Origin: Balanoglossus misakiensis
Taxonomy: Eukaryota; Animalia; Hemichordata
Direction: 5' to 3'
Length of the DNA stretch: 64,000 bases
Assembly (NCBI GenBank): GCA_040954595.2
Contig: CM082583.2
Coordinates: forward strand, 13,359,864 to 13,423,863
The translations under genes and the position numbers were made by a program. The notes beneath the pieces were generated by a model. The model had not been told where the DNA came from. It saw only the letters and a list, made by a program, of their open reading frames with translations, and ran no database searches. Of this stretch, positions 29,101-42,020 are shown one piece after another. The number at the start of each line of letters is the position of its first letter. The stretch's first letter is position 1.

Positions 29101-32100
29101 ATGCTGTTTCTGAGAATTCGTATAATTATGAAACATATCAACAGTTTTATGATGTCATTGGTAAGTATTCATCATATACCACTCCAGTTCATTCTACCTG
29201 TAATGTAACACTCACTTTACAAGACATAGAAGTCTTTGCACTGTCCTCTGTACGAGCTCCCTATACAAACGTCCACTGCTGTTAAAGTCCACTTACTGCA
29301 TACAATACACCAACGAGTACAGATACGATGCTTGCACAGTTAAAACAACAAAAATGTGAAAAGTTACCTGGAAACATTAAAGCATGTTGATATTATTTCC
29401 AGAGGACACAGTGCAAATTGATGATACAGTTTATGCAGTGTTTACTGCAAGCAGGTGAGTGTAAATACTGTGTGTTTTTCCCCAATAATTACATTCATAG
29501 CCTTATACAACTGTGATATATCTAGTTAAAGTGTGTGTTTTGTTATGGGGCTGTTTTTATTATAGATGTTTGCTGAGAGTAGTACGTCAGCTTAACATTT
29601 CTATAGTGTGTTATTCTTTGTATGAGTTAATGTAACCAACAAAAATTGCATTATGTTCAGCATTCAAATATCATGTCAGAGTCGTGCGATCACTGCAGGA
29701 ACATAAAATAGAATCATATATCAATCATACTTTCCAGGAATGGTGTCCCTATGTCTGCATTGTGCACCTACAATGTGAAAGACATTTCTGATGTGTTTGA
29801 GAGAGCAGTATACTGGGATCAAGAAAGTTCAACTGATTTATGGGGGCCCGTAACTTTTGAAGGCAGTGACCCCTACCCAGGACAGGTAGGTTCAGAAACT
29901 CAATGCAGTTTTTTCAAACGTTCCATTGATCAATATATAGTTTACTTCCGAAACCAAAGTGAAATCCCAGCATGTAAGTACAACACAACATGGTCCTAAA
30001 AATAACTATATTTCATTTTGTACTTTTTTTGTTAGTTAACATTACATGACATGACATTACATTATTGTGTATTATATTATACCAGTATATTGATGGTGTA
30101 AATCACGCTATTTGATTGGTCGAGACACGACACGTGACCGTGATATATTAGCCATATACCACAGTCATATATCATAGTCATATATCATAGTTGCCTTTTT
30201 AAAATGTTTTATGCAAAGTTTCAATATACTGGCATAATATAATAGCAATAAAACACCCCCAGCCATGGTATACCACTCGATTTTGACCAGTTCAACTCCA
30301 TATACGCACTCGCTATCGCTCGTGCGTATATGTCGTGAACTGGTCAAAATCTCGTGATATACCATGGCTGGGGGTGTTTTATTGCTTAATTAGAGTATGT
30401 AATAATGTTTACAATAAAACTTGATTGAATAATATTTGAATTGTATCTGCAGTGTGTTGACAACAGTAGAGGTTTACTAGATAGCACTCTGACTCCACTG
30501 AAAGATCATCCCCTAATGAAAGACCTCATTCCATATAAAGACCCACCTCAACTGACATGGTACACTGGAGTCAAATTCACTCAGATAGTCAGTACACAGG
30601 TTGATGGAAAAACCATCCTCTATATTGGAACAGGTGAGAAGAATATTGTCTTGAATGTGATTTCATCCTCCAATTCACATGTTTACTTGTGGCTGTCTGG
30701 CAATGAAGTTGTCTCAGATTGGTTGGTCCCTGTCATAAAACAGGTCTTTGTTCAGTTGAGGAATGATAACAATGTGATTTTCATTCTTCTTGGCCAAGAG
30801 CAGACTTCCCATTTCTCAGCTCCCAATAGATAAAACCACATACCAGACACACACATATTGTCATTATTATTATGTGCATCTAATGAGCTAACCTGCATGT
30901 TTGTATGTGGTTTTGTTAGACACATGTACAAGTATCAAGACATGTTTGTTTTTATCGTAGACAGAGGAACAGTCTTGAAAGTGCTATACATTGATGGAAG
31001 TGATCCTCTTGTTCTGGAAGAAGTGCAGGTATCAGATCATAAAGAAGAAAACGTGAGTGCATATCTGTTGTAACTTTTGCTATGAGCTTTCCAGCAGTCT
31101 CTGTTAGAAGCGTAATCTCTCTTTAACCATTTTGTAGGGTAATCCCAACCCTGAACCAGTGAGTGTGATGATAAAGTCTGAAGCAGAGCGTTCTCTTTAC
31201 ATAGGATTTAATGACAAGGTAGTCCAAGTACCAATGGATCAATGCGCGTGAGTATCATTTAGCTATGGTCATGGGTACATGTATTATGGTTTAAATGAAT
31301 TCTACAAAATACAGTCCCTGCCGTGAAATTTAAATATTATTTTTGCAAGTTACTTACATGTGTTTGGTATGTGTCTTTTTATTTTTGCACCAGCCCTGGT
31401 TTGTGTCCTGATGATACAGGTAAGGAACAAATATATTTTTTTTATATTTCTTATAACCAGTATCACATGACTTGCATATGACAATACCAATAAGTAATTC
31501 CAAAGTTGAAAACAATGTATAGCAGAACTCAGAATATTGGTACTATAGAAAGGATTGGGAGAGGTACATGTATCCATCTGTTATGTATGTATGTTTGTTT
31601 GTTTGTTTGTTTGTTTGTTTGTTTGTTTGTTTGTTTGTACTGCAATAAGGTGGTAATTGCTGTACATGTCACCTTGGGGATCCTGACACAAATATACAGC
31701 AGATGACTTATTGAGAATTATTGATTTGTCCTTTCAGTTTCTACTTTTGTGATTTAGTGAAGTTGCTTTGAGCAAAATATGGGAAAAGGTTTAAGAGTTT
31801 CATTTTCAAGGAGCATTTAAACCTGAAGTTGCATATGTGTATTATTTTCTAGGAAAGGTTTATGAAGAGATGGAGGTAATCTGTGGAAGTACTGGAGTGG
31901 CTTCCTGTTCCGTGCGTAATGGAATATGGAAGAAGGATGACATATTACTGGTCATAGATAGTGTCAAGTATGTTATTGTGGATGGACTTGGGCTACTGAT
32001 CAATAACTTTGTAGAAAGTGACAGTGGAAATTACATGTTCTACTTGAATGAAACGTCCAATAAAGTCTTATGTCAACAAAGACTCTATGTAGCTGAAACA

Positions 32101-33165
32101 ACATTTCTGGAACCCAACACAACCAGCCAGACTGCAGTAGTTTGTGAGGGTAAAACGCTCTATCTAACCTGCCGTGCTTTTGGTCCCAGCGATATCACCA
32201 TTGCCTGGTATAATACCAGTGCTGATACCAGTGCTGAACTGACCGACTGCTCTGAGGTTTTACTGAGTTATGACCCTCCTGAAAAAATTCGTTCATGCAG
32301 TGTTACATCTACAAGTGCTGGGCAGACATTCAGATGTGACGCTGGGCCAAAGTTACCAATGTGCATCAAACAACATTCAACTGTTACAGTCAATTATGAG
32401 CGTAAGTTTGATTGCTGAGAATATCTTGTACCATATGAAGTGACCTCTTTGTGACACTGAGTACAGAATACAAAATGACTAATAATTAATAATTGATGGA
32501 GCTACTAAAATGTCAATGTGTAGTGAAGTGGAGCTTAATTGTTAAGGAACAGAAAAGTATAATAATATATCAGGGAAGGATTTGGCTTGGCCTCCAAAAT
32601 GTAATGTACTGCAATGTGTTTGTTAGTGCTTACCAGAGAATACCATGTTAACCTGGAGATGAAGTGTAAAAGTTGCTCTGTTTGCTTATTGTCTCTTTGT
32701 AGCTTGTGAAGATGGTCCAAAGGTCAATGAGAGTATTTGGTGGGAGGTTGAATTCCACAATCATCAGAAGGAGATGGCTGAGTATGAGGATACATCTGTA
32801 AACACTGTAAGTTATTAATTGGCGTCTAGTTTCAAATTCGACATGGTAACAAACACTACAGATAACTGACATATGTATTGATAAAGCAAGAAATTTTGTG
32901 AAATTTCAGATGGTTGAAGATCAGAATGAAGTAAAGAATTCAGATTATATATCAAACAAACAATCTCCCATGGAATGAGAATGATTTTAGTTTGGTCATT
33001 ACTACAATATGCTGATTGGTTAGGATAGCTGTCACTGACAATATGTACATTTGACATGTATGAAATTGTAATTTTTTTTCTCTCCTCCAGGGCACATGCA
33101 AAGATGGAAATGATAATGATGTCAATGATGTTGGTACCTGTGACTGCTATTGTAATCCACCATAG
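26178..33165 (+). CDS. Secreted semaphorin copy 1 (signal peptide-Sema-truncated PSI-Ig-Ig-Cys tail; class 2-like), ~16 coding exons
   Basis: Signal MEQVKVTRSVVLMLTLLCVAVSG; Sema motifs CRNFIKV, LLVCGTNSESPKC, VLFFFRERA, DEGG..VLKNKWTSFLKARLDCS, SALCTY, KDHPLM, LYIGTDRGTVLKV; Ig exon 31853-32401; ends GTCDCYCNPP*; no TM segment. Confidence 0.88.
26492..26580. repeat. Degenerate hairpin/palindromic element in semaphorin copy 1 intron
   Basis: Imperfect arms gagg..tgtgag..cccc.aa.cagt..ccc.tgg / ccaaggg..actg.ttgggg..tcaca..cctc around a gaa loop; absent from copy 2. Confidence 0.45.
26645..31520 (+). repeat. Segmental direct repeat, unit A (homologous to ~36485-40655)
   Basis: Exons and most introns align with long identical runs between the two semaphorin genes. 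Confidence 0.95.
30084..30390. mobile_element. Non-autonomous element with a long terminal hairpin, inserted in a semaphorin copy 1 intron
   Basis: Imperfect ~143-bp palindrome 30244-30386 (agcaataaaacacccccagccatggtata...tataccatggctgggggtgttttattgct) plus inverted agtatattga/tcaatatact; missing at the homologous site of copy 2 (~39235). Confidence 0.75.
31593..31637. repeat. (GTTT)n microsatellite
   Basis: About 11 GTTT units, preceded by (TATG)n. Confidence 0.95.
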
Positions 33166-35893
33166 ACAGTGAAAATCTACACACAGCTAATAGTGACACA
33201 AGGCTGATATGGAGAAATGATAAAATAGAACTCAGTATCAACTCAAAAGTCTTGGGAAGTCTTTCTCATCAGCACACTCCCCATTTCCCATATTTGGTTA
33301 AAATCTTCTATGAGAAAAAGGCACTGTGATAGATTTTGCTGGGGTTAGATGTAGATGCCAACCAGAATAAATCATGAACTCTTGGAGCTAATTTGTTACA
33401 CAACGATTAGCCCTGTGGTTGCTTTTGTACTGGTAATATTTTATGGAATGAATGAGTTTCAACTGAATATTGCTTGCTTTTCCATATTGCAGATACTTAA
33501 AACGAGATTGAGAGAAACAGTGCTGTAATATTGAGTTATATAATGTATATATTATTTTACTTACATAGTTGTTGTTTAAAATATATATGTTGTATATGTG
33601 GTTTGGGTCAGTTTTCAAGTATTAGATTTTGTGTTGGTACAGTTCCTGTTTTGTATATTCTTTTTTTTTTTTAAGTACAAGGTGTTTTGAGCTCTGTATT
33701 AATTGTGATCAGTCTAGCTGTACACATTGCTGAAACGTGCCTGAACTGATACCGTATTTTGTAAAGTTAAACCCATTTCAACTGATTTTTATTCAGTCTC
33801 AGTACAAGTATAGTACTCTACAATTATTTACATGTCTAATATGATCAAATTCAACTCCATGGTTGCAAGGACAACAATCATCTGTATGTATCATTGTGAT
33901 TTTGATTTAATAGCAGGAAACTCATTAATACTTTAACAAAGGTTTCAAAAACCTTTTGGTGTTCGGGTTTAGACAGGTTATTGATGTTCTTGGGTTTCAG
34001 AATATTGTCTTATTTTATATGGAAGATTTGTTTCATTCTATTTAAAATAGAATGCCAAAATTTTATCAAAATTACTTTTTTATGTCAATGTATGTATTGA
34101 GTCTTAATAAAGAAAAAATATGAAACTTCGTTTGTATGGTTTATATGCTTTAATGTCCCGGAAACACAGCACTATTCAGAATTTAACACTTTTTAAGCGT
34201 AGTTTTTTCGGCAGCAGGCAGCCATATCACAGACCTTAAATAACCTTTGACCTGAGAATAACAACAAACAAGGAAGTAAAAAAACGGGAAATAATTCATT
34301 TCCAACGTCCCAACGCCCTGCTGTAGAATTGAACTACTTATGGTTCCCAAAGTTACTATCGTACGTTATTGGTATGACTTGGTAATTCTGCTGGCTTGAA
34401 CATTTAAGAAAGTGACATTTTTCACTGGTAAACTGGTAAGTGCCACTGGTTCTCTCTCGCTCGGTTCATGTCGTTTGCTTCTTCTTTTTATACACAAAGT
34501 CTAGTCTGCTCTTTTTGACAGCGAGAAAGTCGAATAATTTGAGGAAATGTTCGTGGTACATTTATGTACATGCAAGACCTGAAATTGAATGCATAGTGTG
34601 AGATTAACAACTGTCATGTTAATTAAATGCTAATGAGTTTGTGTAATTATCACCATAAGTCGACACCTTGGCTCTTGCTGTGAAAGTGTAAAGTCCAGTA
34701 AGGGCGAACCCTTCACTACTCCCTTCAGCTGACAGGGTGTGGTGGAGATACGGAACCGCAGCGATACTGGGACTACTTTGATGAATTTGATTTCACAGAA
34801 AAATTACTTTACCCTGAGACCCTATTATTAAGTGTCGATAATCTGCATTACAAGAGAGTATACTGCTGTATAGTTATTTTCATGTTAAAAAGAAACGCAC
34901 ATGTATACAGTACATGCATATGTTAGTTACAACGAACACATTAATTATACAACGGTGGAGTTTGTTGCGCAGAGATGAGGACAAACATTATAGAATCAAG
35001 CCCAGGTCAACGTAAATTGTCTGTAAAATTTTACCTCAGAAAATGGATATGGGCCAAACCCTAGTGATGAAAGGGTCAAACCTGCACCATAATTAAGTAA
35101 AAATTGAATAACAACTGGTCTATGATCATTGTTTTCAAGGAGGAAGTTGTATACCTGTTTGGTACAGAAAGAGCTAGGACAAAAGAAATGACAAGAAATG
35201 TACTACAAAAGTATAGCCAGGTGTTGTTTATACCATTACACTTACATACAGTTCAAGTTGAATATAAAATAATATTTTATCAAAATTATCATAATATATG
35301 TCACGTCAAATTTGGAAAACTGATCACTGGAAATATGTATCATGGATTGCCAATAAAGATGTGTGTTGTTACATAATACTGAGTGATATTTTGAGCTAAA
35401 TACATTTTCTGGGTACACTCAGACATATATGCAAAATTATTGTTGTTCTGTATGTTTGTGGTAGGAACTCCTGCACCAGCATGACCATGAATAATTATCT
35501 TCAATGTTTACTTGGTGATTCAGTGCTGTTGTCAAGGATTAAAAATAAAATGAGTCCCACCTATAAACCTACACTGAGCTTCACGCTAGAGGGCGCTATA
35601 CTGAAGTACAACATCATTCATGTCTGTTTCATCAATTGACAGATTGTCAAAATTGCATTATATGAAAGGTGTATGTAATGATAGGGTTATAATAAACAAG
35701 CGAAGTGAATGTCCCAACATTAGCACGCAAGTTTTACTTAGTTATTTTCTTTATAATGACTATAACAAACAAAATATCTATAAACGCATCTGAATCTTGA
35801 GAATGTTGCACTTTAAATTGTCATATTTGAATGTGTCCTCAGGTTCATTCGCTTGAGCTTTTCACGAAGAAGAGAACAACAGAAAAGAGAAAG

Positions 35894-38800
35894 ATGGCTG
35901 TAAAAGTGGTTTTGATTCTGTCCTTGCTCCATCTGACAGTGCCAGCTTTAACTGAGAGAATTGCTGATGTCCCATACCAGGGTAGGTATTCCTATCTCTT
36001 TCTTGTCCAGAATCAATTGCAGAAACTGGAGTTCTGGAAATTGGTTTTTGTCAGTGTAGTCATGATGAAGACACTTTGACTGTACAAGAGCTTTGCAGAC
36101 TGACAAATTACGTGGTTTTTTTTAATTGACTCAAGTAAATCATTTAGATATCACACACAGAAAAAGGTTGACATTCTGAATTCATGCTTTTATCTATTGA
36201 AGTCTCAGTGTACATTTTGGGATTCTGAAGAAAAAAATAACCTACTTGAGTACATTTGAATTGTTTGCTTTATGTTTAACCACTGTTTTCTTGATTTAAT
36301 TCCGTTTTTATTAAAAGTAAAGACAAGCTAAATTGTTGAATTGTCACATTCTGCTGATATTCAAGGAAAATAAAGCTTTGTTGAATTTATACACTTCAAA
36401 GGTGGCAGCTATTCAATAAATCATCTATTTTACTATTTTGTCTCAGGTGCAGGGATTATTGATTTCACTGACAGTGTTACTGAAAGTTACAAAACACTAT
36501 ATGTGGAGAATGGATTCTTGTACATCGGAGCAGCAAGTACACCCAAAGTGGATGGAGATGGCTATCTCTTCAAAGTTAATGCAAGTAATATAACACAGGT
36601 ATGTAGAATCCATTTGTCAAATCATTTTGAAAAGAAGCAGTATCCTAGAAATGTATAATTTGCACCAGTAACTGCATTCAGAATGACAATGACACACAAA
36701 CATTCACCCCCTCCCCCCAACACTCATTTCTTTTATTAATCCATTTCAGGATTTAGGAATGACTCAGTTTAAAGTTGTAGACGTTACAGAGCAGGGTAGC
36801 ATTGACTGTAGGAATTATGTGAATGTAAGTATGTTTCAAATATTAAGTATGTTTCCTGCAGAGTTATATTGTAAAGCAACAAAGAAAGATATACCTACCT
36901 ATACCATATTGTTTGATGGGTGACTTCATTTCCACAAACTTTCCAAATACAGTTGTAAAGGACAAGACAATTCACAAAATGTTGGACAGTCATGATTCAT
37001 TTCATATGATAATAACTTGTTTACCATACACTTTTTGCAAATTTACAGCCACTATCTGAAAGAGAATCTCGATGCAGAAACTTCATCAAAGTCATAATGA
37101 ACGATCCAACAGAAACTGACAAGTTGTTGGTTTGTGGAACTAATTCAGAATCACCAAAATGTTACAGTGTTGACAAAGAGACTGTAAGTATAGCATATAT
37201 TGTCCCGTTTTACTGGTAGCAGTGCATGTAAATATTAATTATTAAAGACATCATATTCCTTTGGTGACATTTTCATATATGTTAAGGGAAAAAATGAAAG
37301 GGCCATGAATTGTACATATATTTTGACACTAATGACAGTGAATCTTTCTTCTTTCTTTTTCTCCGATTTTCTTTGTGTCCAAAACTCCATGAAATCATTG
37401 TGTAGCATTTATTGTAAATATTTCTGAATCTTTTTTTCTCCTCAAGTTGAATTGGAATGGTAACTTTTCTGGGAAATACAAATGTTCAACGAAGGAAGAT
37501 CAGCGAGTTACAGCACTTTTTGGAAAAGATAACAAACTGTACACAGGTTTAGTATATGAAAAAGAGAATACAAAAACTGCAGTGGCAAGAAGTCCATTGG
37601 AAACTGATTTAAACGGGCAAGATTTGACAACAGAGCAGGATGATAATTGGCTTAGTGGTAAGTAATATCTGTAAGTTAGTGAAATGTGGTTAAGAATATA
37701 TCATGGAAAGGTATATGGTTATACGGCTTTGAGCATATGCAGAAGAACAAGTGTCTTTTAGGTGCTTTGATTGACTTTATCATCTTTATTTACCTCCACA
37801 GAGGCTGAGTTTGTTTCTTCATACGATGTGACCAAAACTGATGGCACAGATGAAGTCCTCTTTTTCTTCCGGGAGCGAGCTAATGAAAATGAAAATCAGT
37901 TCCCTGAACAATTAACTTATTCCATGGTAGCAAAAGTTTGTGAGGTAAGAGCACTGTTTGATCCCAAGATACCAATATGAATGCATGCATGGATGTGTCA
38001 ATGCATGTTTGCATGTAATGTAATGTTATGTTATGTAAAGTACCGGTCAGCCTGCATGTATGTGTGCATTCATGCATGTATGTATGTATGTATGTATGAA
38101 TACTCATGGTTAAACAGCATGTTTTAGTCTTTGAATGGCGATATAGTGCATGCAGCACATTCCTTATTTCTGCATGGCCATAAAGTAAAAAATGGGGTTG
38201 GCTAGATCTCTACTTTTCATGGTAAACTGTGGCTAAATTTGCATACATTAGGGGCATATACCACAAATTGTTTATTCAAATATTCTACAAGTATAATTCT
38301 ATGTTTCATCTGTTAATAATTTTTTAATTATCTGCCTTTGTTAAATAGAAAGATAAGGGTGGAAATGCGAATGTGCTGAAGAATAAATGGACAAGTTTTC
38401 TGAAAGCAAGATTAGATTGCTCTGTGAACGATACTGCTTCTGAGAATTCTTATAATTATGAAAAATATCAACAGTTTTATGATGTCATTGGTAAGTACTC
38501 ATATACCACTCCAGTTCATTCTACCTGTAATGTAACACTCACTTTATAAGACATAGAAGTCTTTGCACTGTCCTCTGTAAGAGCTCCCGATACAAACGTC
38601 CACTGCTGTTAAAGTCCACTTATTGCATACAATACACCAACGAGTACAGATATGATGCTTGCACAGTTAAAACAACAAAAATGTGAAAAGTTACCTGGAA
38701 ACATTAAAGCATGTTGATATTATTTCCAGAGGACACAGTGCGAATTGATGATACAGTTTATGCAGTGTTTACTGCAAGCAGGTGAGTGTAAATACTGTGC

Positions 38801-41800
38801 GTTTTTTCCCAATAATCACATTCATAGCCTTAGTATTACAGATGTTTGCTGAGAGTAGTAGGTCTGCTTAACATTTCTATAGTGTGTTATTCTCTGTATG
38901 AGTTATTGTAACCAACAAAAATTGCATTATGTTCAGCATTCAAATATCATGTCAGAGTCGTGCGATCACTGCAGGAACATAAAATAGAATCATAAATCAA
39001 TCATACTTTCTCCAGAAATGGTGTTGCTATGTCTGCATTGTGCACCTACAATGTGAAAGACATTTCTGATGTGTTTGAGAGAGCAGTATACTGGGATCAA
39101 GAAAGTTCAACTGATTTATGGGGGCCCGTAACTTTTGAAGGCAGTGACCCCTACCCAGGACAGGTAGGTTCTGAAACTCCATGCTATTTTTTTTCATGAT
39201 TCATGTTTACATTACATGACATTACATTATGGTGTATATATAATAATGTTTACTTTAAAACTTGACTGAATAATATTTGAATTGTATTTGCAGTGTGTTG
39301 ACAACAGTACAGGTTTACAAGATAACATTTTGACTCCCCTGAAAAATCATCCCCTAATGAAAGACCTAATTCCATATAAAGACCCACCTCAACTGACATC
39401 GTACACTGGAGTCAAATTCACTCAGATTGTCAGTACACAGGTTGATGGAAAAACCATCCTCTATATTGGAACAGGTGAGAAGAATTTTATCTTGAATGTG
39501 ATTTCATCCTCCAATGCACATGTTTACTTGTGGCAGTCCGGCAATGAAGTTTTCTCAGATTGGTTGGTCCCTGTCATAAAACAGGTCTTTGTTCAGTTGA
39601 GGAATGATAACAATGTGATTTTCATTCTTCTTGGCCAAGAGCAGACTTCCCATTTCTCAGCTCCCAATAGATAAAACAACATACCAGACTCATATTGTTT
39701 TTATTAGTATGTGCATCTATGCATTTTTTGTTAGACACATGTACATGTATCAAGACATGTTTGTTTTAATCATAGACAGAGGAACAGTCTTGAAAGTGCT
39801 CTACAGTGATGGAAGTGATCCTCTTGTTCTGGAAGAAGTGCAGGTATCAGATCATAAAGATGAAAACGTGAGTGCATTTCTCTTGTAACTTTTGCTATGA
39901 GCTTTCCAGCAGTCTCTGTTAAAAGTGTCATTGCAATGTTATGCAAGTCAAGTGTTAGGCTATGATTGTAAATGAGGAAATGTAGTAGGTCCCAAATCGC
40001 ACATTTATGTAATCGCTCTTTAACCATTTTGTAGGGTTATCCCAACCCAGAACCAGTGAGTGTGATGATAAAGTCTGAAGCAGAGCATTATCTTTACATT
40101 GGATTTAATGACAAAGTAGTCCAAGTACCAATGGATCAATGTCACAGATACGAAAGTTGCAGAACTTGTTCCCAAGATCCCCATTGTGTTTGGACAGGAG
40201 CAGAATGTAAACATGGGACGCCGTAAGTATCATTAAGCTATAGTCATAAGTACATATGGTTCGATTTAGTCCCTGCCATCAAATTTAAATATTATGTTTA
40301 CAAGTCTGCACTCATATTCATAAAGACCGTTGCATTTGATATTGCGAGAATACATTAACTCAGTGGTGATTCAGCTATCTAGGCCCTGGAGGAGACAAAC
40401 TTTTCACCACTATTTAACTTACTTGAAACATGAAAAGTTGAAAATAGACGTCTGTTTTGTTGCATATCCACTAGCATTTACTTACACGTGTTTGATGTGT
40501 CACTTTTTATTTTAGCACCAGCAGTGGTTTGTGTGATAATTATTTGTATTCTAATGATACAGGTAAAAAACAAATACTTTTTTAAATTTCTTATAACCGG
40601 TATCTCATGACTTGTGACAATACTAATAAGTACTTCCAAATGTGAAAACATTAAGTACAGCTTGTTTTCTATAATAATCTTGTTAAATTGACTATTCTTT
40701 TCAGCTGCCAAACATAACTTATTTTACTACAAACTGTAATGATGTAAGATAACCAATCACACTACCTCAAAATTACCTTCACAACCTAACTGATAAACTC
40801 TTAATTTTCAGAGCCATTGGTCAGAAAGGTTGCTTTTGATGTATCAGTCATGATACCATGTTCAGTGCAAAATGTGATGTGGTCCTTCAACTCAGAAACC
40901 ATTGTTCCAGATGGTGTGGAGTATTTGGTCATGGATAGAACTGGGCTTGTGATCATACGCTTCGATGAATCTCATATTGGTCTCTATGAAGCAATAGATG
41001 TGATCACTGGAGAGACAGTCTGTTCCACCTATTTGTGGGTCACAACTCCACCTTCTTTCCCCAAACCCACTCTGTCATTCCTGGAGCCACTTCTGGGAAA
41101 TCAGAACATTGAAACATGCCAAGGAAGGATTGCCAGCCTTTTTTGTAAAGCAGAGGGTCCCGATGGTTTCACTATGAAGTGGAAAGACCCAGATGGTAAT
41201 GTAATACCTGTTGGAAATAGTTCACGAGTTGCATGGACTCAAGTGAGAGAATGTCCCATGGAAGGAGTCAGTTGGCTAGATGTTGAAGTCAGTGTAGTGT
41301 CTACTGGAACTTACACATGCGAGATTGCTTCTGGAAGTGACATGATAACAACAGCATCTGCAACTATTGATTTACAAGGTAATTTACATAAATTGTTGTT
41401 CTCTACAAAATGTACCTGATATTTTTTCACTGGTGACAACGGAAATGAGAAAATCTCTGTTTAAAGGCTAGTAGTGAACACACAGTGTAGTGTCTGTGTG
41501 AGATTCACAATGGGTATATCAATGCTAGATGCAGAATAGTAAATAAAGGGTTAGGGTAATCTTGTAATCTTCTTTTTTACCAGAATGTGTCACAGCAAAC
41601 TCCCTTACTTGCCAAAGCGATCGTTATATAGAAGCATCGACTAAGTATGATCGCTATGAGGAAAATGCATCGGTAAGTAAAACATTAAGAGATTGGATGA
41701 GTGCAGCAATCACTAACTTACCAATTATTTACACTGATGAACCATCAGGACATCTGCAGAAATTATGAAATTGTCCAGTATATGGTAAGCATTTATTTTT

Positions 41801-42020
41801 AGAAAGGAACATTGGTTGCTGTCACATAAAATGCCCAGGGTAATTCTTATTGAACATTTTTTTTACAAGAATACATGATTAAGGCACTCTATAAGCTATC
41901 TCATGGGAAATACTCATAGGGCCAACTCTATGTTTTTATTTCCAGGGAGGATCATGTCAAATTGATGTCATCAACTGCAATGACTGCTGTACAGAAGATG
42001 ATACATGCCCTGCAAATTAG
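35894..42020 (+). CDS. Secreted semaphorin copy 2 (signal peptide-Sema-PSI-Ig-Ig-Cys tail; class 2-like)
   Basis: Signal MAVKVVLILSLLHLTVPA; same Sema exons as copy 1; intact PSI CHRYESCRTCSQDPHCVWTGAEC...GLC; Ig exon 40812-41378; ends GGSCQIDVINCNDCCTEDDTCPAN*; no TM segment. Confidence 0.9.
36485..40655 (+). repeat. Segmental direct repeat, unit B (homologous to ~26645-31520)
   Basis: See unit A. Confidence 0.95.
38056..38098. repeat. (TATG)n-type microsatellite
   Basis: catgtatgtatgtatgtatgtatg within an intron unique to copy 2. Confidence 0.8.

Noticed and set aside
31243-31860. Apparent frameshift making semaphorin copy 1 a pseudogene
   Set aside because: A 26-nt micro-exon (31394-31419) reconciles the phase-2 donor with the phase-1 acceptor.
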